Below are positions 12,959 to 31,228 of a stretch of 57,868 nucleotides of DNA, one piece after another; position 1 is the stretch's first letter; every line of letters starts with the position of its first letter. The notes beneath the pieces were generated by a model that was given only the letters and a program-made list of their open reading frames with translations, did not search any database and was not told the DNA's origin. The DNA lies in NCBI GenBank assembly GCA_025603075.1, contig MU626389.1, positions 1 through 57,868 of the forward strand, in the 5' to 3' direction. The translations under genes were made by a program, and so were the position numbers. Source of the stretch: Neoconidiobolus thromboides FSU 785 (Eukaryota; Fungi; Entomophthoromycota).

Positions 12959-14085
12959 ATGGAAGGTAAAAGTGAAAGCTTTGATGAATGTTACAGTGAC
13001 GAAGATCGTTTTAATAGCTTAATTGTATCCGAAATAACTGAAATAAATCAACCGATTACATTGGATGGGGGACATCATATATTAACAATTAATATCGATG
13101 AATCTTTATTACAAATAAACAGTTTGGATCTTCCTAAACAGATTAAATTAAAATTTACCTATGGTACTGAATTAGACTTAGTTGGTAGTTCTATATTTGA
13201 AATAATATTTTGTATGACTTATGACAAATAAATCTAAGGAGAACAACTTTGGGCAGGGGCTTTAATTCTTTCCGATTTTGTTTTACATAACAATAGCGAG
13301 TTTAAAGGAGAAACTGTATTTGAATTAGGAAGTGGGCTTGGTTTGCTTGGGCTTATAATTTCATTTATCAAAGCTAGTAAAGTTTATTGCACAGGTAAGA
13401 TTGAGTAATATTAATTAACTTAATATTAACTAAATCTAGATTATTTAAAAGAAGTACTTACAATTTGTCAATATAACGTTCTTCAGTTAAATGAAGGCGA
13501 CTCGTATAGGTTCGAATTTAAAAGAGTAGATTGGATGGAAGCTAAATTGATGGATGGTGGCGAAGGAACTGGTATTATAGATGAGTTTAGTTGGGATCAA
13601 CAAGAAACGATAAAATCATGTAAAGACATAAAATATTTCTTTGCAGCAGATGGTAAATACATTTAAAAATAATAGAAATGACTTAATGTTTCATAGTTGT
13701 TTACGATAATCCATTAACAAAAGGATTTTTAAACACAGTTTTGAATTTGTTACAATGTTCAACAAGAGAATCTCCTACTTTATTTTTAAGTATTGAAAAA
13801 AGGTAGTTTTATGATAATGATAATATAAAATAATGTTAATTTTGTTTAAAGAATCAATTTTTGTTTAAATAAATTAAAGGTTGTAGCTGAAGCATATGAT
13901 TATTTATTCGAACTTGCAAACCAAGAGCCATATTGCAGCAAACTTAAATTTGAAAAAGTAGCCATCGATTTTCCGAAATTCATTAATAACTATGAAAGAA
14001 CAGAGCAGCTAGTAAGTGATATTTTTATAATAAGAATAACAATTAACCCTTTATTCAGGAAATTTGGAAATTTATCTTAAAATAA
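12959..14085 (+). CDS. Seven-beta-strand (METTL22/EFM-like) protein-lysine methyltransferase, multi-exon
   Basis: Spliced exons give LDLVGEQLWAGALILSDF, VFELGSGLGLLG (SAM motif I), YCTDY, FLAADVVYD and a C-terminal EKRINF...YERTEQLEIW pattern as in METTL22. Confidence 0.75.
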
Positions 14086-14409
14086 AATCTAAACACTATA
14101 TTTTAAGTTTTAAGTAATTTTTGTTTTATTTAATCATCAAGCTTTATTAAATTACTCAAAATATGTATTATATTTACAAAATAATACAGTATGCTCTTCT
14201 TTAAAAATAAAATAAAAGTAAAAATTAGATATCGATATTAATTTTATTATTGATTTTTAATAAACGATAAGCCTATAGAAGATTAATTATATATTATTAC
14301 ATTATCAAATCGTAATCTTTAACAAAAAATATTATGAATTCAGGGTAAAAATTGTATTCAATTATTATATTATCTTCTATTGTTTAATGATTTATATATT
14401 TACTTTATA

Positions 14410-14506
14410 ACATGTAATTGTTTTTCTTGATTTGATTTATTTTTCCATTTATCGTATAAACTTAAAATTTATTCGATATTACTAAAATAAAAAATACATC
14501 CCATAT
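14410..14506 (+). mobile_element. MITE family A, degenerate copy
   Basis: Right end AAAAATACATCCCATAT is clear; the internal TTTTTCCATTT motif is present; the left end is decayed. Confidence 0.45.
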
Positions 14507-14635
14507 CAAATGTTTATGTCGTATTTTTCTTTCTAACTACTATCAAATTTATACAATAAATAATTTAAATTATGGTGGTTTATTTTTAATTAAAAAATGA
14601 ATAAAGAGTCTATAAATAAAGTCATCTAAAAAAAT

Positions 14636-14965
14636 CTACACTTTTGTATTCTTGAACATTTCCAACGTTAGATTTAAATCATTTTGTGTTTTTTCAAACT
14701 CTGCCGCTTCTTTTTTGAACCTTTCTTTTCTTTCCTATAAAAACAATCAACGTTTATTCTTTTCTTTAGTTTAAAAAACACTTACCTTTACTTTTAGGTT
14801 CCTATCGATAACTTTAACGTTACTTAAACTTTCCCTCTGAATTTGATGTATATTTTGACTATCTATTTTTTCCACTAAATCTTTATCCTTTTGCTTATTC
14901 TGCTTCTTTTTTTGATATGGTTTTTGGCCTGTCTTTTTATTCCCTCTGATACTCTTTTCTTTCAT
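14636..14965 (-). CDS. Small (~92 aa) basic/charged hypothetical protein; one intron at 14735-14785
   Basis: ORF 14771-14965 joined through a GTAAGT...TATAG intron continues in frame as ERKERFKKEAAEFEKTQNDLNLTLEMFKNTKV*. Divergent from VPS18 (about 190 bp apart). No family recognised. Confidence 0.55.
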
Positions 14966-15157
14966 TTTTTTTAAAATTAAAAAACCTCAGTTCCCAAAGT
15001 TTTCTAAGTGTTATAGTTGGAATTTATTCATAATCCTTATCATTGCAAAAATTGATTGTTTTCCATCTTACTGCAAATTCTCCATTTTCGTAAGAATTAG
15101 AGTGGCAAAACTAAAAAAGAATGACAAAAGCAAAAAAGTTATTTAATCAATTTCAAA

Positions 15158-18100
15158 ATGGCGGACTTGAGTTTATGGAGTGAAGAACCAGAGGTAGTAG
15201 AGGAGTCTTATGGTGTTCTAGAGGAAGCGGTGATGATTATGGATACACCAAAAAAGAAGAAAGAGGAGATAGAAATCTTTACTTTAGATCAAGTACAGTT
15301 TGAGCTACCAGATAAGTTGATTCATTTTTCAGTTGCCAATAACCAGTTGGTTTTATTATTAAGGAATAAGCATTTCCTTATTGTAGACTTGTTGATGGCA
15401 GATGACATATTAAGTAAAGGAATAACACTGTATACTACAAAATTATTTATCTAGTTTTTTTTAGGTATTCAGTTACCTAATGAAGCAGGTACTCCTCATA
15501 AAATTTTTATTGACGTTACTGGACAACATATCTTCATTTCCACTTTGGATATGAAGTTTTTTTATTACAATAAAAGACTCCCTAAAATTCAAATAATTCA
15601 CAAATTGAACGTAAGTATTATTTGCAATGATTTTTTTGTAAGTAAATTCTAATGATCTAATAAGGGATATTTAGTAGAATCTATTGCATTCGATAAAAGT
15701 ATAAATGAGAACAGTATAAGCACCGGATATATATTAGTGGGATGCAAAGATGGGAATATTTTTGAATTGGTAATTGAAGCTAAAGAAGAAAGTTTCAAAA
15801 CACAGGATAAAAGGATCAAAAATATATACAAGTTTAAAGAAGAAGTGGCCATTTGTTCTATTTATTATCAAGCTTTTCCAACCGACCCTTATCAATATTT
15901 TGTTATGGTTACTAGTAATGATAAGCTATTCCAGTTTATCGGTAAATATAAGAAAGGTGATAAGTCTAGATTTTTGGATATCTTCTATCAGTATGGAGAA
16001 AATCCCCAATTTCAAGAAGTTCCTGGCGATATTCAACATTCTGAAACTCATTATTTTTCTAATAATGTAGAAAAAGAGTTCCATTCATTAGTATCTAACT
16101 TTGCTTGGTTAACAGGTAATATTGGGTTATGTAGTCATATTATGTAGTAACATTTTTTAATTAGGTGCCGGTATTTATTATGGAGATTTTATTTTTGGTT
16201 CTCAAGAAAAAGGAGGAAATTTGATAGAGAACGGACAGTTGATACCATACCCTAACCAAGAAATACCATTATCTATTTCATTAACAGAGTTCCATATCAT
16301 TTTGCTATATGAAGAAAAAATAATGGCGATATCAAAATTAAATTTTGAAGTGGTTTATAAAGAAAACATACCATCCAGATTTGGTATACAACAATATGCC
16401 AAACAAGTGATTATGGATTATGTAAGAAGGACATTTTGGATCCATACAGAGGATTCAATTTATGAGATTATTATTACAGATGAGGACAGGAATGTGTGGC
16501 GACATTATTTAAACAAAAAAATGTTTAATGAGGGTCTTAAATATGCCAAAACAAACGAACAAAAAGATGCAATTTTATTTGAACAGGCTAACAGATATTT
16601 TGATACCCAAAGGTATCATTTATCAGCTACTTATTTTGGTAAATGCCGTGCTTCATTTGATCAAATTGCTTTAAAGTTTATTCAAAAGAATGAACTTGAT
16701 GCTTTAAGATCTTTTTTATTAATCAAATTAGAGAATATCAATAAGTCGGTAAGTTGTTGTTTATTTATAGTCATAATAAAAGCTCATGTTTTAAAACCTA
16801 GGATATTACACAAACAATATTATTATCTACATGGATCACAGAGTTATATTTAGTAAAGATGAATGAAATGGAAGAGAATAGTGTGGATGAAATTAATGAT
16901 GAAGGGGGAAGTTCGAATCAACGTATATTAGAAGAGATTGAATATATCATTAGAGAATTCCATAAATATTTGAATGATAACAAAGCCTACTTGAACAAAA
17001 AAGTGATTTACGATCTAATCTCTAATTACGGTAGAACAGATCAATTCATTTATTTTGCTGAAATTATGAAGGATTATGATAAGGTTATTAACCATTATAT
17101 CCTTATTCATCAATTTTCAATGGCTTTACAGGCCTTAAGTAAACAGGTAAACTAAAATATCAGTATGTATTTGAGTAGCTGTTTATTTTATTTTATTTAT
17201 AGCAATCTCTTGAATTATATTATAAATATTCAGTAATATTAATGGAGCATATACCTGAAGATTTAGTGACCTTATTAATGCGAACAAATAAATTGGACCC
17301 TATCAAGTTGATACCAGCATTATTGAAATTTGATTCAGATAAATTTAAAGATATTCAAAATCAATCTATAAGATATTTACAATTTATTATTAGTAAACTA
17401 AATTGTAAGACACCTTCAATTCATAATTTACTATTATCTTTGTATGTTCAGCAATCAGAAGATAATGAAAACACATTATTACAATTCCTTATGGCGGAGG
17501 TAAGTTTGTGTTATGAGACCGTTGTAAAGTAAGATTAACCACTACTATTTTTATAGGAAAGGTACTACAATCTAGATTATGCTTTAAGACTTTGTTTCCA
17601 ATATCATCGTATTCAATCTATTATTTTTATCTATAGCTTGTTAGGGTTATATGATGAAGCTGTTAATACCTCTTTAAAAGTAAACCTTATTTAGCGTTAC
17701 TGAAGTATTATTAACTTTTGTTTAAGTATCAAGACATTGAATTAGCCAAAATTAATGCAGATAAAGTAGAAGATGATAGTGATAGGCGTAAAAGATTATG
17801 GTTGAAAATAGCACGTTATATTATTGAGGAAAAGAAAGATATCAGCGGGTAATTTGATTAGAATGAAATTTTGATGTTAATAATAATTTTTATTAATTTT
17901 ATTCAGTGCTATCAATTTATTGCAACAAAACGAGGTTATTAAGATAGAAGACATCTTACCTTATTTTCCAGATTTCGTACAGATTGATGAATTTAAAGAA
18001 GAAATTTGTAATGCTTTAGAACAGTATAACTTGGATATTCAAGATATCAAACATGAAATGGATATGGCTACTAAGTCTGCTGAAAAGCTGAGATTAGATA

Positions 18101-18660
18101 TCAAAAATCAAAAATCAAGGTAAAGTATCGAATAATAATAACAACAATGAAGTTGTTTTAATTTCGTTTTTAGATTTGTTTTATTATCACCAAAAGAAAA
18201 GTGTATTATATGCTTAAATAATATTTTGACAAGACAATTTTACATATTCCCCTGCCAACATCCTTTTCATTCTGACTGTTTAATTAAAAAAGTAAGATCG
18301 GTCTTTATTAGTAAGCTAATTAATTTTACAATTTTTACCTTAGGTTTCGAATAACTTATCAAAATCGGAAAATCAGAAATTAAGTCAGATACAGCAACTT
18401 CTTACTAAAGAAATATCAGGATTGAAATCGGTATCTGAAGATTTGATTACTGAAAAAAGAAACCATATTAACAAGTTGAAAGTAATTTCTACTACTACTA
18501 TTAGTATATATGTTTGTTAATATTCCAATTATTTTAGTCTGATTTAGATGACATTATAGCTTATGATTGTCCAATTTGTGGTGATTTAGCAGTTAAAAAT
18601 ATTGATACCCCCATCATTAGTGATAATGATTTTGAAGAGTCTTTGTCTTGGATGCTTTGA
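15158..18660 (+). CDS. VPS18: Vacuolar protein sorting protein 18 (Pep3), HOPS/CORVET subunit, multi-exon
   Basis: Pep3/Vps18 beta-propeller region, PLSISLTEFHIILLY, VWRHYL, clathrin-repeat-like region, IKIEDILPYFPDFVQIDEFKEEICNAL, C-terminal RING CIIC...FYIFPCQHPFHSDCL and DCPICGD. Confidence 0.92.
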
Positions 18661-18909
18661 TTTTTAATTAAAATTATTAATTAGTATTATACTCAAATTA
18701 TTGGTTTTAAATTTAATAAAATATGGTATAATAAAAAGCTGTTAAATCATGCTATAAAAGGTATTGACAATATCGCTTTTATATTTTTTACATCGAATTC
18801 TAAAATAAAACCTAGTAAATCATTCAATTTTAAATTTAAGTCACGTCACCAAATTAATTTTGCTTTAAATTTAAATACTATCAAAAAAATAGTATAATTT
18901 CTAATCAAA

Positions 18910-20834
18910 ATGCCATTCAAAAACCCATACCCAGCCGCTCCTTCTAATTCAGAGCATAGAGCAGTCACGAATTTCCGTAAATATCTAAGAATTAAAACCG
19001 TTCAACCCACCCCAGATTATGAATCCTGTAAAAGTTTCTTAATAAAACTAGGGGACGAACTTGGGCTGGAAAGTAAAGTTATTGAGGTATATTACTAAGC
19101 TAAAATTTTGATAACTGGAAGCTAATACTTTTATCAAGTACATTCAAGGTAAACCAATAGTGATACTAACTTGGAAGGGTTCCAATCCTAGTTTATCCTC
19201 AATCATGTTAAACTCACATACCGATGTGGTACCTGTATTTGAGGTAAATATAATTCATTTTCAATTCATTCTAATAATAAAAAGGACTGCTGGACTCATG
19301 ACCCATTTGCAGCAGACAAAGTCATTGATAAAAATGGAGATGTTGTTATTTTGGCTCGTGGTGCTCAGGATATGAAAATTGTTGGAATTTTGTAGGTTTT
19401 TTGGATTGAATTATCTAAGATTTGCTTAATTTTTTTGGGTAGATATTTGGAGGCCATTAGAGAACTTAAAAAGGAAGGAGTAAAACCATTAAGGGATATA
19501 CATGTTACTTTTGTACCAGGTAACTTAATCTAAATTATGCATTTGTGTAAATTGTAACGTAATTTAGATGAAGAAATCGATGGTTTTGATGGGATGAAAA
19601 TATTTTGTAAAAGCCAAGAGTTTAAGGATCTAAACGTTGGATTTGCTTTAGATGAAGGTAAGTTTTACTTTTATTGTAATTTATTAAAATGCTGATTTCT
19701 TTACAGGTATCAGTAATGTCAATGATGCTTATAAAGTTTTTTATGGGGAAAGGACACCTTGGTAAAATAGGATTATAAAATAGTTATTAATTTCGTGTTA
19801 AAGCTAAAACTGTTCGATTTTAGGAAAGTCAAATACACAGCCTATGGTAACACAGGCCATGGTAGTCAATTTATTGAAAACTTAGCCACGGATAAATTGG
19901 TATGTTTAAATTTTGATAATAATCATACCTAATTTATGTAAAATAGAGAAGAATCGAAGAAAGGATTAGTGAGCTACGTTGTAGAGAGGAAGCGACGTTA
20001 AAAGAAACCTCAAAGTTCAAATTAGGAGATGTAACTACATTCAATCTTACTATGTTAAGTGTAAGACCTCTTTATACTGTTAAGTTCCAAGCTAACGTGG
20101 TTTATAGTCTGGTGTCCAAGTGAATGTTGTCCCTCAAAGTGCTGAGGCTGGTACACTTATATTTTATACAAAGCATTTTATAATTTACTCTAATTTAATT
20201 TTTAGTATTTGATATACGTATAGCACCTACCAGAAACCTTAGTGAGTTCCGTAAAATGCTTGAGGATATTGGAAACGAAAATGGGTAAAGGGCTATAATC
20301 TTAGTGATTTGGAAAAAACGAATAGTAATATTACATTTTCATAGAGCTAAAGTCGAATTCATTTCTTATTTTGAATCTGGGGGTGTAACATCAACTAATT
20401 CAGATTATCCTTGGTGGAAAGCATTCTCGAAAGGGTGTGAGGAAAGGTAACTTAATTAGGAATATTGGTTTGAAGTTTACTAAAAACTATAGTGGTCATA
20501 ATATTGAACTTGAAGTATTTCCAGCTGCTACAGGTAAGTAACTTTTATAACGTAATTTTATGTTACATCATATTAACCATTGGCTTCAAATATAAATTAT
20601 TTATTAGACTCAAGGTATTTTTATCTGTCTTTAATTGGATTTTGTAAAACTGATTTCTAAATTAGATATCTACGCCAAATTGGAGTACCTGCTTACGGGG
20701 TAAGTCCACTCAAATTAACTCCAGTGCTTTTGCATGATCATGATGAGTATGTCAGAGAGTCCACTGTCTTAGAAGGTCTAGAATTTTACAAAACTCTTTT
20801 ACCTCATCTTTTTAATATGAAAGAAGGCATTTAA
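18910..20834 (+). CDS. ACY1: Aminoacylase-1 (M20A metallopeptidase family), many introns
   Basis: FRKYLRIKTVQPTPDY, IMLNSHTDVVPV, ARGAQDMK, DEEI, LDEG, GHGS, FPAATDSRYLR, PVLLHDHDEY. Confidence 0.9.
20608..20614 (+). other. 7-nt microexon of ACY1 (ACTCAAG)
   Basis: TTATTAG|ACTCAAG|GTATTT. It is needed to build the conserved FPAAT-D-S-R-YLR between the flanking exons. Confidence 0.8.
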
Positions 20835-21022
20835 ATAGTGAAATAAAGTAAAATAGTTTTTCCTCAGATGATTTTAATTTTGTTGTTTGTATATGAGTTT
20901 ACTCTAATTTTAATTTGCTTTATACTATGATTAAGCTAGGATCATATTTTTAGATTTTTATTATTATCAAGCAATCAAAAAAAACTCTCTTTACTTGCCT
21001 ACTCATAACACTTAGGTCTACC

Positions 21023-24999
<3,977 letters not shown>

Positions 25000-25403
25000 A
25001 TTTCTGATTATTTGATACTAGTAAAATATTAAATAAGACTTTGATTTTTTCTATTTTGTAGCTTGATGTACGGATTTAATGACATAAAATAAAAGCCACA
25101 TGAAATTTTGTTAAATTTTTTGCTTTACCAGAATAAAGGTTATTAAAATTGGAATCTTATATATTAAAATAGTAACTATATACACGTAAAATAATAAATA
25201 TAATAAAAAACTTAAATCGTAAATAAGCATTAGTTTAAAATATAAATCAAGTGATTGTTTAATAAAATCAACTAATTATTATTAGTTACTATAATAAGGA
25301 TAAATAATATCTAGGGTTCAGCAATGACGGAATGAAATGGTATTAAAAGAATAATAGATCATTATAACTTATCTCTGCTAAAATAACAATTAAGACAAGT
25401 TTC

Positions 25404-26903
25404 TTATAAACTCTTTAGCTTTTCTAAATCATTAATATAAGCTGGCTTTAACACTTTTCCATTAACAATTTCAAGCCCTTCTCCAGCGTATGTTACCAAA
25501 GGAGATATTTCAAAATCAATAGCGTTGACGTCGCCTTCGACCTTACCACCAGCAGCTTCAACAAACCTGACATGTTGAGAGATAATATCTTGACGAGAAG
25601 TTTCTGGGCAATCGCTTCCAGATCCAGGTGCATTCTTTAATGGAGAAAATTCTTCTTTACGGTCAACTTCAAGCACTGAGAAGCTGCTGGTAAATGGAAA
25701 AACATCAAAAACGAAAGCTTCAAGTTTCATTCCATTAGGCTTGCTTGGACTGACTTTTTCACCAGTTTTGAGGTCAATAAACTTAATCTTCTTTCTAGCA
25801 ATATGATACTCAAGTTTATCTTCAATTTCCTTCATACGCTGTAAAAACCCAATACTGTAAAAGTGATTACAGATGTTGCCAGCTCCGAATACAAGGTTAC
25901 CATTATCGTCTATGCGCTCAGCCATTTCATTTGTAATTTCACTATATTCAACAACACTGAATTTGTTATCCTTGACACAGATGACACCAACAGCTTCATT
26001 TGGATGAGCTTTAGGAACTACTTTAGCACCACATTCAGCATTATTTAATACTGAGTATCCAATAAAGGCTGGATCAGCAACACGGACCAAACAGTTATCT
26101 ACGCAGTATGAGTGGATGTACTCAACACCCCTTTTAACCATATGGTTAATAATGCCTTCCTTACGAAGAGCAGGATAGATACCACCGTTGCCATCTGGAG
26201 CTACGGCAACCTTAAAATCTTATTTTAGTTTATATCAAAAAATACGTTGTATTAAATTTACCTTAGACTTATCTTCTAGAATAATTTTACCTTCATTAGT
26301 CAAGCATGGAAGAACACCTTGGTTGAAAAAAATAACATCATTTGAATTTAATCCAAAATAATTATTTCTAACAAAAAAGGCTTCTGTAGCAGAACGAGTA
26401 GGACCTGAGGTCATAATATACCATGTAATAATAACTTTTTTACCTTGGGCTTTTCCTTGCGCCAACTCCTGGAGACGAATAATACGCTCGGCTTGAAGTT
26501 GGAAGAGAGACTTTTTAGATGGAAGGCCAATATCATAACACCCTTTTGGATCGGAGGAGCCTAAACGTGTACCTTGACCCCCAGCTAAAAGTAATACGGC
26601 TACTTTATTTTGACCAATTAATTCAATCCCTTTGTTCCACCATGTACTTTTTTTATCGGAAGGAGCAGATAATACGGAATCAAAAGCATCTTTTGGTAAG
26701 GGTTGGATGTCAGCAGCACCTTGCGAAGTACTTCCTGTGATGGCCCTTTTATAGAGATCATTTACACTATCAACATCAATGTCATTTAATTGTTTTAATA
26801 AAGATTGTTGTTGCTCTTGATCGAGGGTATCATAAAAGGCAAAAACGTGGCCTTGGTTGGCTTTTTCAAACCTTTGTTTGATGGATTGTAAATCAAGTGC
26901 CAT
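25404..26903 (-). CDS. QRI1: UDP-N-acetylglucosamine pyrophosphorylase; one intron near 26213-26260
   Basis: LLAGGQGTRLGSSDPKG, APDGNGG, YCVDNCL, AGNICNHF, KLEAFVFDVF, EFSPLKNA. Confidence 0.95.
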
Positions 26904-28245
26904 GGTGCTATAATAAGTGTTAAATTTTAAAATTTTAAAATAGAAGAGTGTTATGACAGTTGCTTTCTTTTTATAGTGGCGGTGTAATTGGGTATATTGT
27001 TCACTATTGCCTCAAATTAGTGTATGATGTAACCAGATAAAGTTCTGTTTATTTGTTTTTTTAAAATTCAACCAATTAAATTAAGATAAATATGAATTTC
27101 AACCCCAATTAGTATCTAAAAACTATTTTTGATCTCTTACATTTTAAAATAAATATTATTCAGGAATAATATATAGGTAATCTACATCAAAACGAAGGAG
27201 AATTTATTATAACAAAATAAGTTAACAAATTACATGACATATCTCAAATATTAATTTAAGTCTATTTAAAACAACTTAGTTTACTTTTTTAATTTGAACC
27301 TCCATTTTCTTATCAAATTTAAGTAATAGTGATAAGAAATAATTTTGTTTAATGAAGTACACTAAAAGTAATATTACAAAATCGCATTTTATTTGAGTAC
27401 GAAACGTATGTAAAATAAATAGAAATTTAGTTTAAATAGCTAATCAGGAACAAAATTAAATATAACACCTATATTTAAGTAATAGCAGTGATTGAACTAT
27501 TAAAACTTACCAAGCTCATCTATGTTTTACATTATTGTAAAATATAGTTTATTATAAAAACAATCACATAACAAAGTAATGTAGTTTAAACCAAATCAAA
27601 TGATATACTTAATACAATACTAGATAAAACTATAGAACCTAGCTACTATTAAGAAAATAAGCATAAATTACACTACTTAAACTATAGAAACTACATACTC
27701 GGCCCATTAATATAGTGTAGTTCATGATCTAAGAATTAAAGAAGTCATTATAAATGGGTTTAATTTTCAGTGATCATTCTGTTTTACTAAAAGTATTTTT
27801 AGATTCTAAAAATAGGATATTTATTTATAGATCAAATCTCATATTACCATTTAAAGGAGTAATTTGTAATAACATTGTAATATGATGATAAAGCAATAAT
27901 ACGTTTTTCATTGTAACTATGTATGGTTTTATATGAAAAGACTCAAATAAACTTTTTTATATTTGATCAAACTAGCTAGTAAGTCATTCAGTTAAATACA
28001 GTCTATAAAAGTTTATATTTAAAGTCATTTTATTAAACTCAAACATTAGTTTAAAAACGTTTAAGGTTATAAATATCATATAATATCACACTTTTTAAGC
28101 TTACATTTTTAACAGTATTTATTTATTATATACCTACGAAATAGTATAAATATACATATTTACATTTATTTTGATTTATAGCTTAATGATGTCTTTTAAT
28201 TTAGTTATATCCTTTAGATCAGTATTCTATTATAGAATAACATTG

Positions 28246-28350
28246 TATCTGGGAAAGTTTTTTTAGCTTCATCACTTTTTCCATCTCTTAAATATTGCTT
28301 GAGTGAAAAAATTGTTACCAAAATTTTTAAATCGAAAATACATCTCCATT
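28246..28350 (+). mobile_element. MITE family A copy
   Basis: TGGGAAAGTTTTTTTAGCTTCATCACTTTTTCCAT...GAGTGAAAAAATTGTTACCAAAATT...AAAATACATCTCCA. Confidence 0.75.
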
Positions 28351-29135
28351 TATTGCTTGTTATACAGTAATGTACGTATTAAATTAATGATTTAGATCAA
28401 GCCATACTATATAAAAATTTTATTTTCAAATTGACATACTTTTATAAAAATGTACAAAAAATATTGTATTGATATATATATATATTTAACAATTTTAAAT
28501 AGATGATAATTTATTCTGAATTATATTATTTACTTTCAATAGACATTTATAAATTGGAAACTTGTGTAAAATGAATTATATCAAAAATACAAGTTAAAAT
28601 AGTTTATTGTCGGCTTATTGTAGTACAATTACCATTAGTTAATATATAATAATATCATATTTTACACAGTAATAATGCAAAAATTCAATCAAATAATTAT
28701 ACATTTAAAACCTGGGAAAATTAAAATCAAATATCAGACTTAAAATCTTATTTTTAAAATTAGCTTTGAAAAATTCCTCAAACTAAAAGAATTTCAAAAA
28801 CATTATGAATTGATTGTATATTTTTAAATTAAACGAAAGAGAATAGTGAAGTTTGTGAAATATGTTTAAAAAAAAGATTCATCAGTTTTATATGATTTAT
28901 ACTTTATTACATTATATAACACTTCTTAAGTAGAAAACTTTAAGCGTGGGAAAATAAAGTTAAGGGATAAATTAAAATGATAACAATTGCTAGATAACAA
29001 TATGATCCAAAATTACTAAATTTGATTGGATAATGTGAACGAATCCCATGCTTGAAAGTAAGCTCGAAAACTAGCACGAAATCAATAGTGAACCATTCAA
29101 AATTATCTGGACTTGTTTGTTACATTCTGAAAATC

Positions 29136-30524
29136 ATGATTAGATCTCTTCGCGCCTCCTTCAAATTAAGCAGTAAACTTCAACGTCATGCTTTTTCAAC
29201 TTCTTTAAAGGCTAGTTCCGGACATACTGTAAAACAATGATTAGATTTAATAAGATTGCATAATTTAACTTTGAATATAGATGACAGTACGTGATGCCTT
29301 GAACGCTGCCTTAGAAGAAGAGATGATCAAAGATGAAAAAGTTTTCCTTTTGGGTGAAGAAGTAGCTCAATACAATGGTGCTTACAAAGTAAATTTATTG
29401 TCACCGTTTTTTTTATACACTAAGAGTTTTTAGGTTTCCAAAGGTCTTTTAGACAAATTCGGCCCAAAACGTGTAATTGATACTCCTATTACCGAAATGG
29501 GTTTTGCAGGTTTAGCTGTTGGTGCTGCTCTTTATGGTTTAAAACCAGTTTGCGAGTTCATGACTTTCAATTTCAGTATGCAGGTATAAATTATTTTTAG
29601 AATGTATAAATAAATCAAACCAACATATTAATAAATAGGCTATTGATCATGTTGTAAATTCTGCCGGAAAAACTTATTATATGTCTGGTGGTATTGTACA
29701 ATGCCCAATTGTTTTCCGAGGCCCTAACGGTGCTGCAGCAGGTGTTGGTGCTCAACATTCACAATGCTTTGCAGCTTGGTATGGGTCTGTACCAGGTTTA
29801 AAAGTTGTTTCCCCTTACTCTGCTGAAGATGCCAAGGGTCTTTTAAAGGTATAGCTTATTTTTGAAAACTAGTAGATAATTTGTTAAACTATAAAATAGG
29901 CAGCTATTCGTGATCCTAACCCAGTAGTATTCCTTGAAAACGAACTTATGTATGGTGTTTCTTTCCCAATGTCTGAAGAAGCTATGAGCTCTGATTTTGT
30001 TTTGCCAATCGGTAAAGCTAAAATTGAAAAAGAAGGTAATCGCTTGAAAGAAACATTTGCTAAAATATTAATTAATTAAAGGTAACGATGTTACGATCGT
30101 TGCTCACTCTCGTTGTGTTGGCCAATCCCTTGAAGCCGCTGAAAAGCTTGAAAAAGAAGGAATCAAAGCTGAAGTAACATAGTTATAGTACTAATATACA
30201 ACATTTAACTTTATATGTATATAGGTTATTAATCTTCGTTCTATTCGTCCATTAGACATCGATACAATTACTGCCTCAGTTAAAAAGACCAACCGTTTAA
30301 TTACTGTTGAAGGTGGATGGCCAATGTTTGGTGTAGGTAGTGAAATTGCTGCTCAAGTTATGGAATCAGATGCTTTTGATCATTTAGATGCACCAGTTAC
30401 ACGTGTAACTGGTGCTGATGTACCTATGCCATATGCTCAAAACTTAGAAGAACTTGCCTTACCTACAGGCGATATTATTGCTAAGGTTGCTCGTGATGTC
30501 CTTTACAAGAATGCTAAGCAGTAA
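29136..30524 (+). CDS. PDB1: Pyruvate dehydrogenase E1 beta subunit, mitochondrial precursor, multi-exon
   Basis: R/S-rich presequence, then [68 protein letters not shown]. Confidence 0.97.
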
Positions 30525-31228
30525 ACTAGAATGTGAGCTGTAGAATAAACTTATTAATTTTTATTAGTTAGATATATATTTTAAAGCCATCTTTTTTATA
30601 CTTAAAGTGTCTGACATTACACATTATACTTAATAGTTAGAGCTTAAATTATTCTAAGTTAATTGAAATAAATAACATATGAATCTTGCTACTATTATAA
30701 TAAAGTGTAGTTATTGTTTGATATTTTGGTATATATTATATACTTTTATAGTCACTTTGATAACAATGTAAAATAACATGTTCAGAATAAAAACTTTATT
30801 GAATATAATAGTTGTTTTATTACAACTAGATGGCCTTCGTCAAAGTAAATCATAAAGCCGTTCACTAAGTACTTATTATTTTTATCCTATATGGAATAGA
30901 GCGAATCAGCTTGTACTTCAAGATTTAACAATTGATATATCAGGCGTACTTATAGACAATATCAATTTCTTTAAAAAGAAAACGGTAAGGTACCCAGCCA
31001 TAACAGTAGTTTCCATTTCTGGATTTTTTAAACTTTTCTGGTTACAATTTGTCTAAATAGCTTTTAGAAAAGAAATTTTTACCATTGCAATTGGATACTT
31101 CCTAATAGGTTTTTCCAAAAAATGTTCCATTTATAAATGCACCCATCTAATAAATAGTATGAATGCTATAAATGCAAATATATGGTTTTCATACTGATCA
31201 AAAGTTATTTTATTTAATCAAAATCATC

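Noticed and set aside
28207-28217. ATATCCTTT, resembling a U12 intron donor
   Set aside because: Intergenic, with no supporting exon context. Other ATATCCTT/GTATCCTT hits fall inside PEX6 coding sequence.
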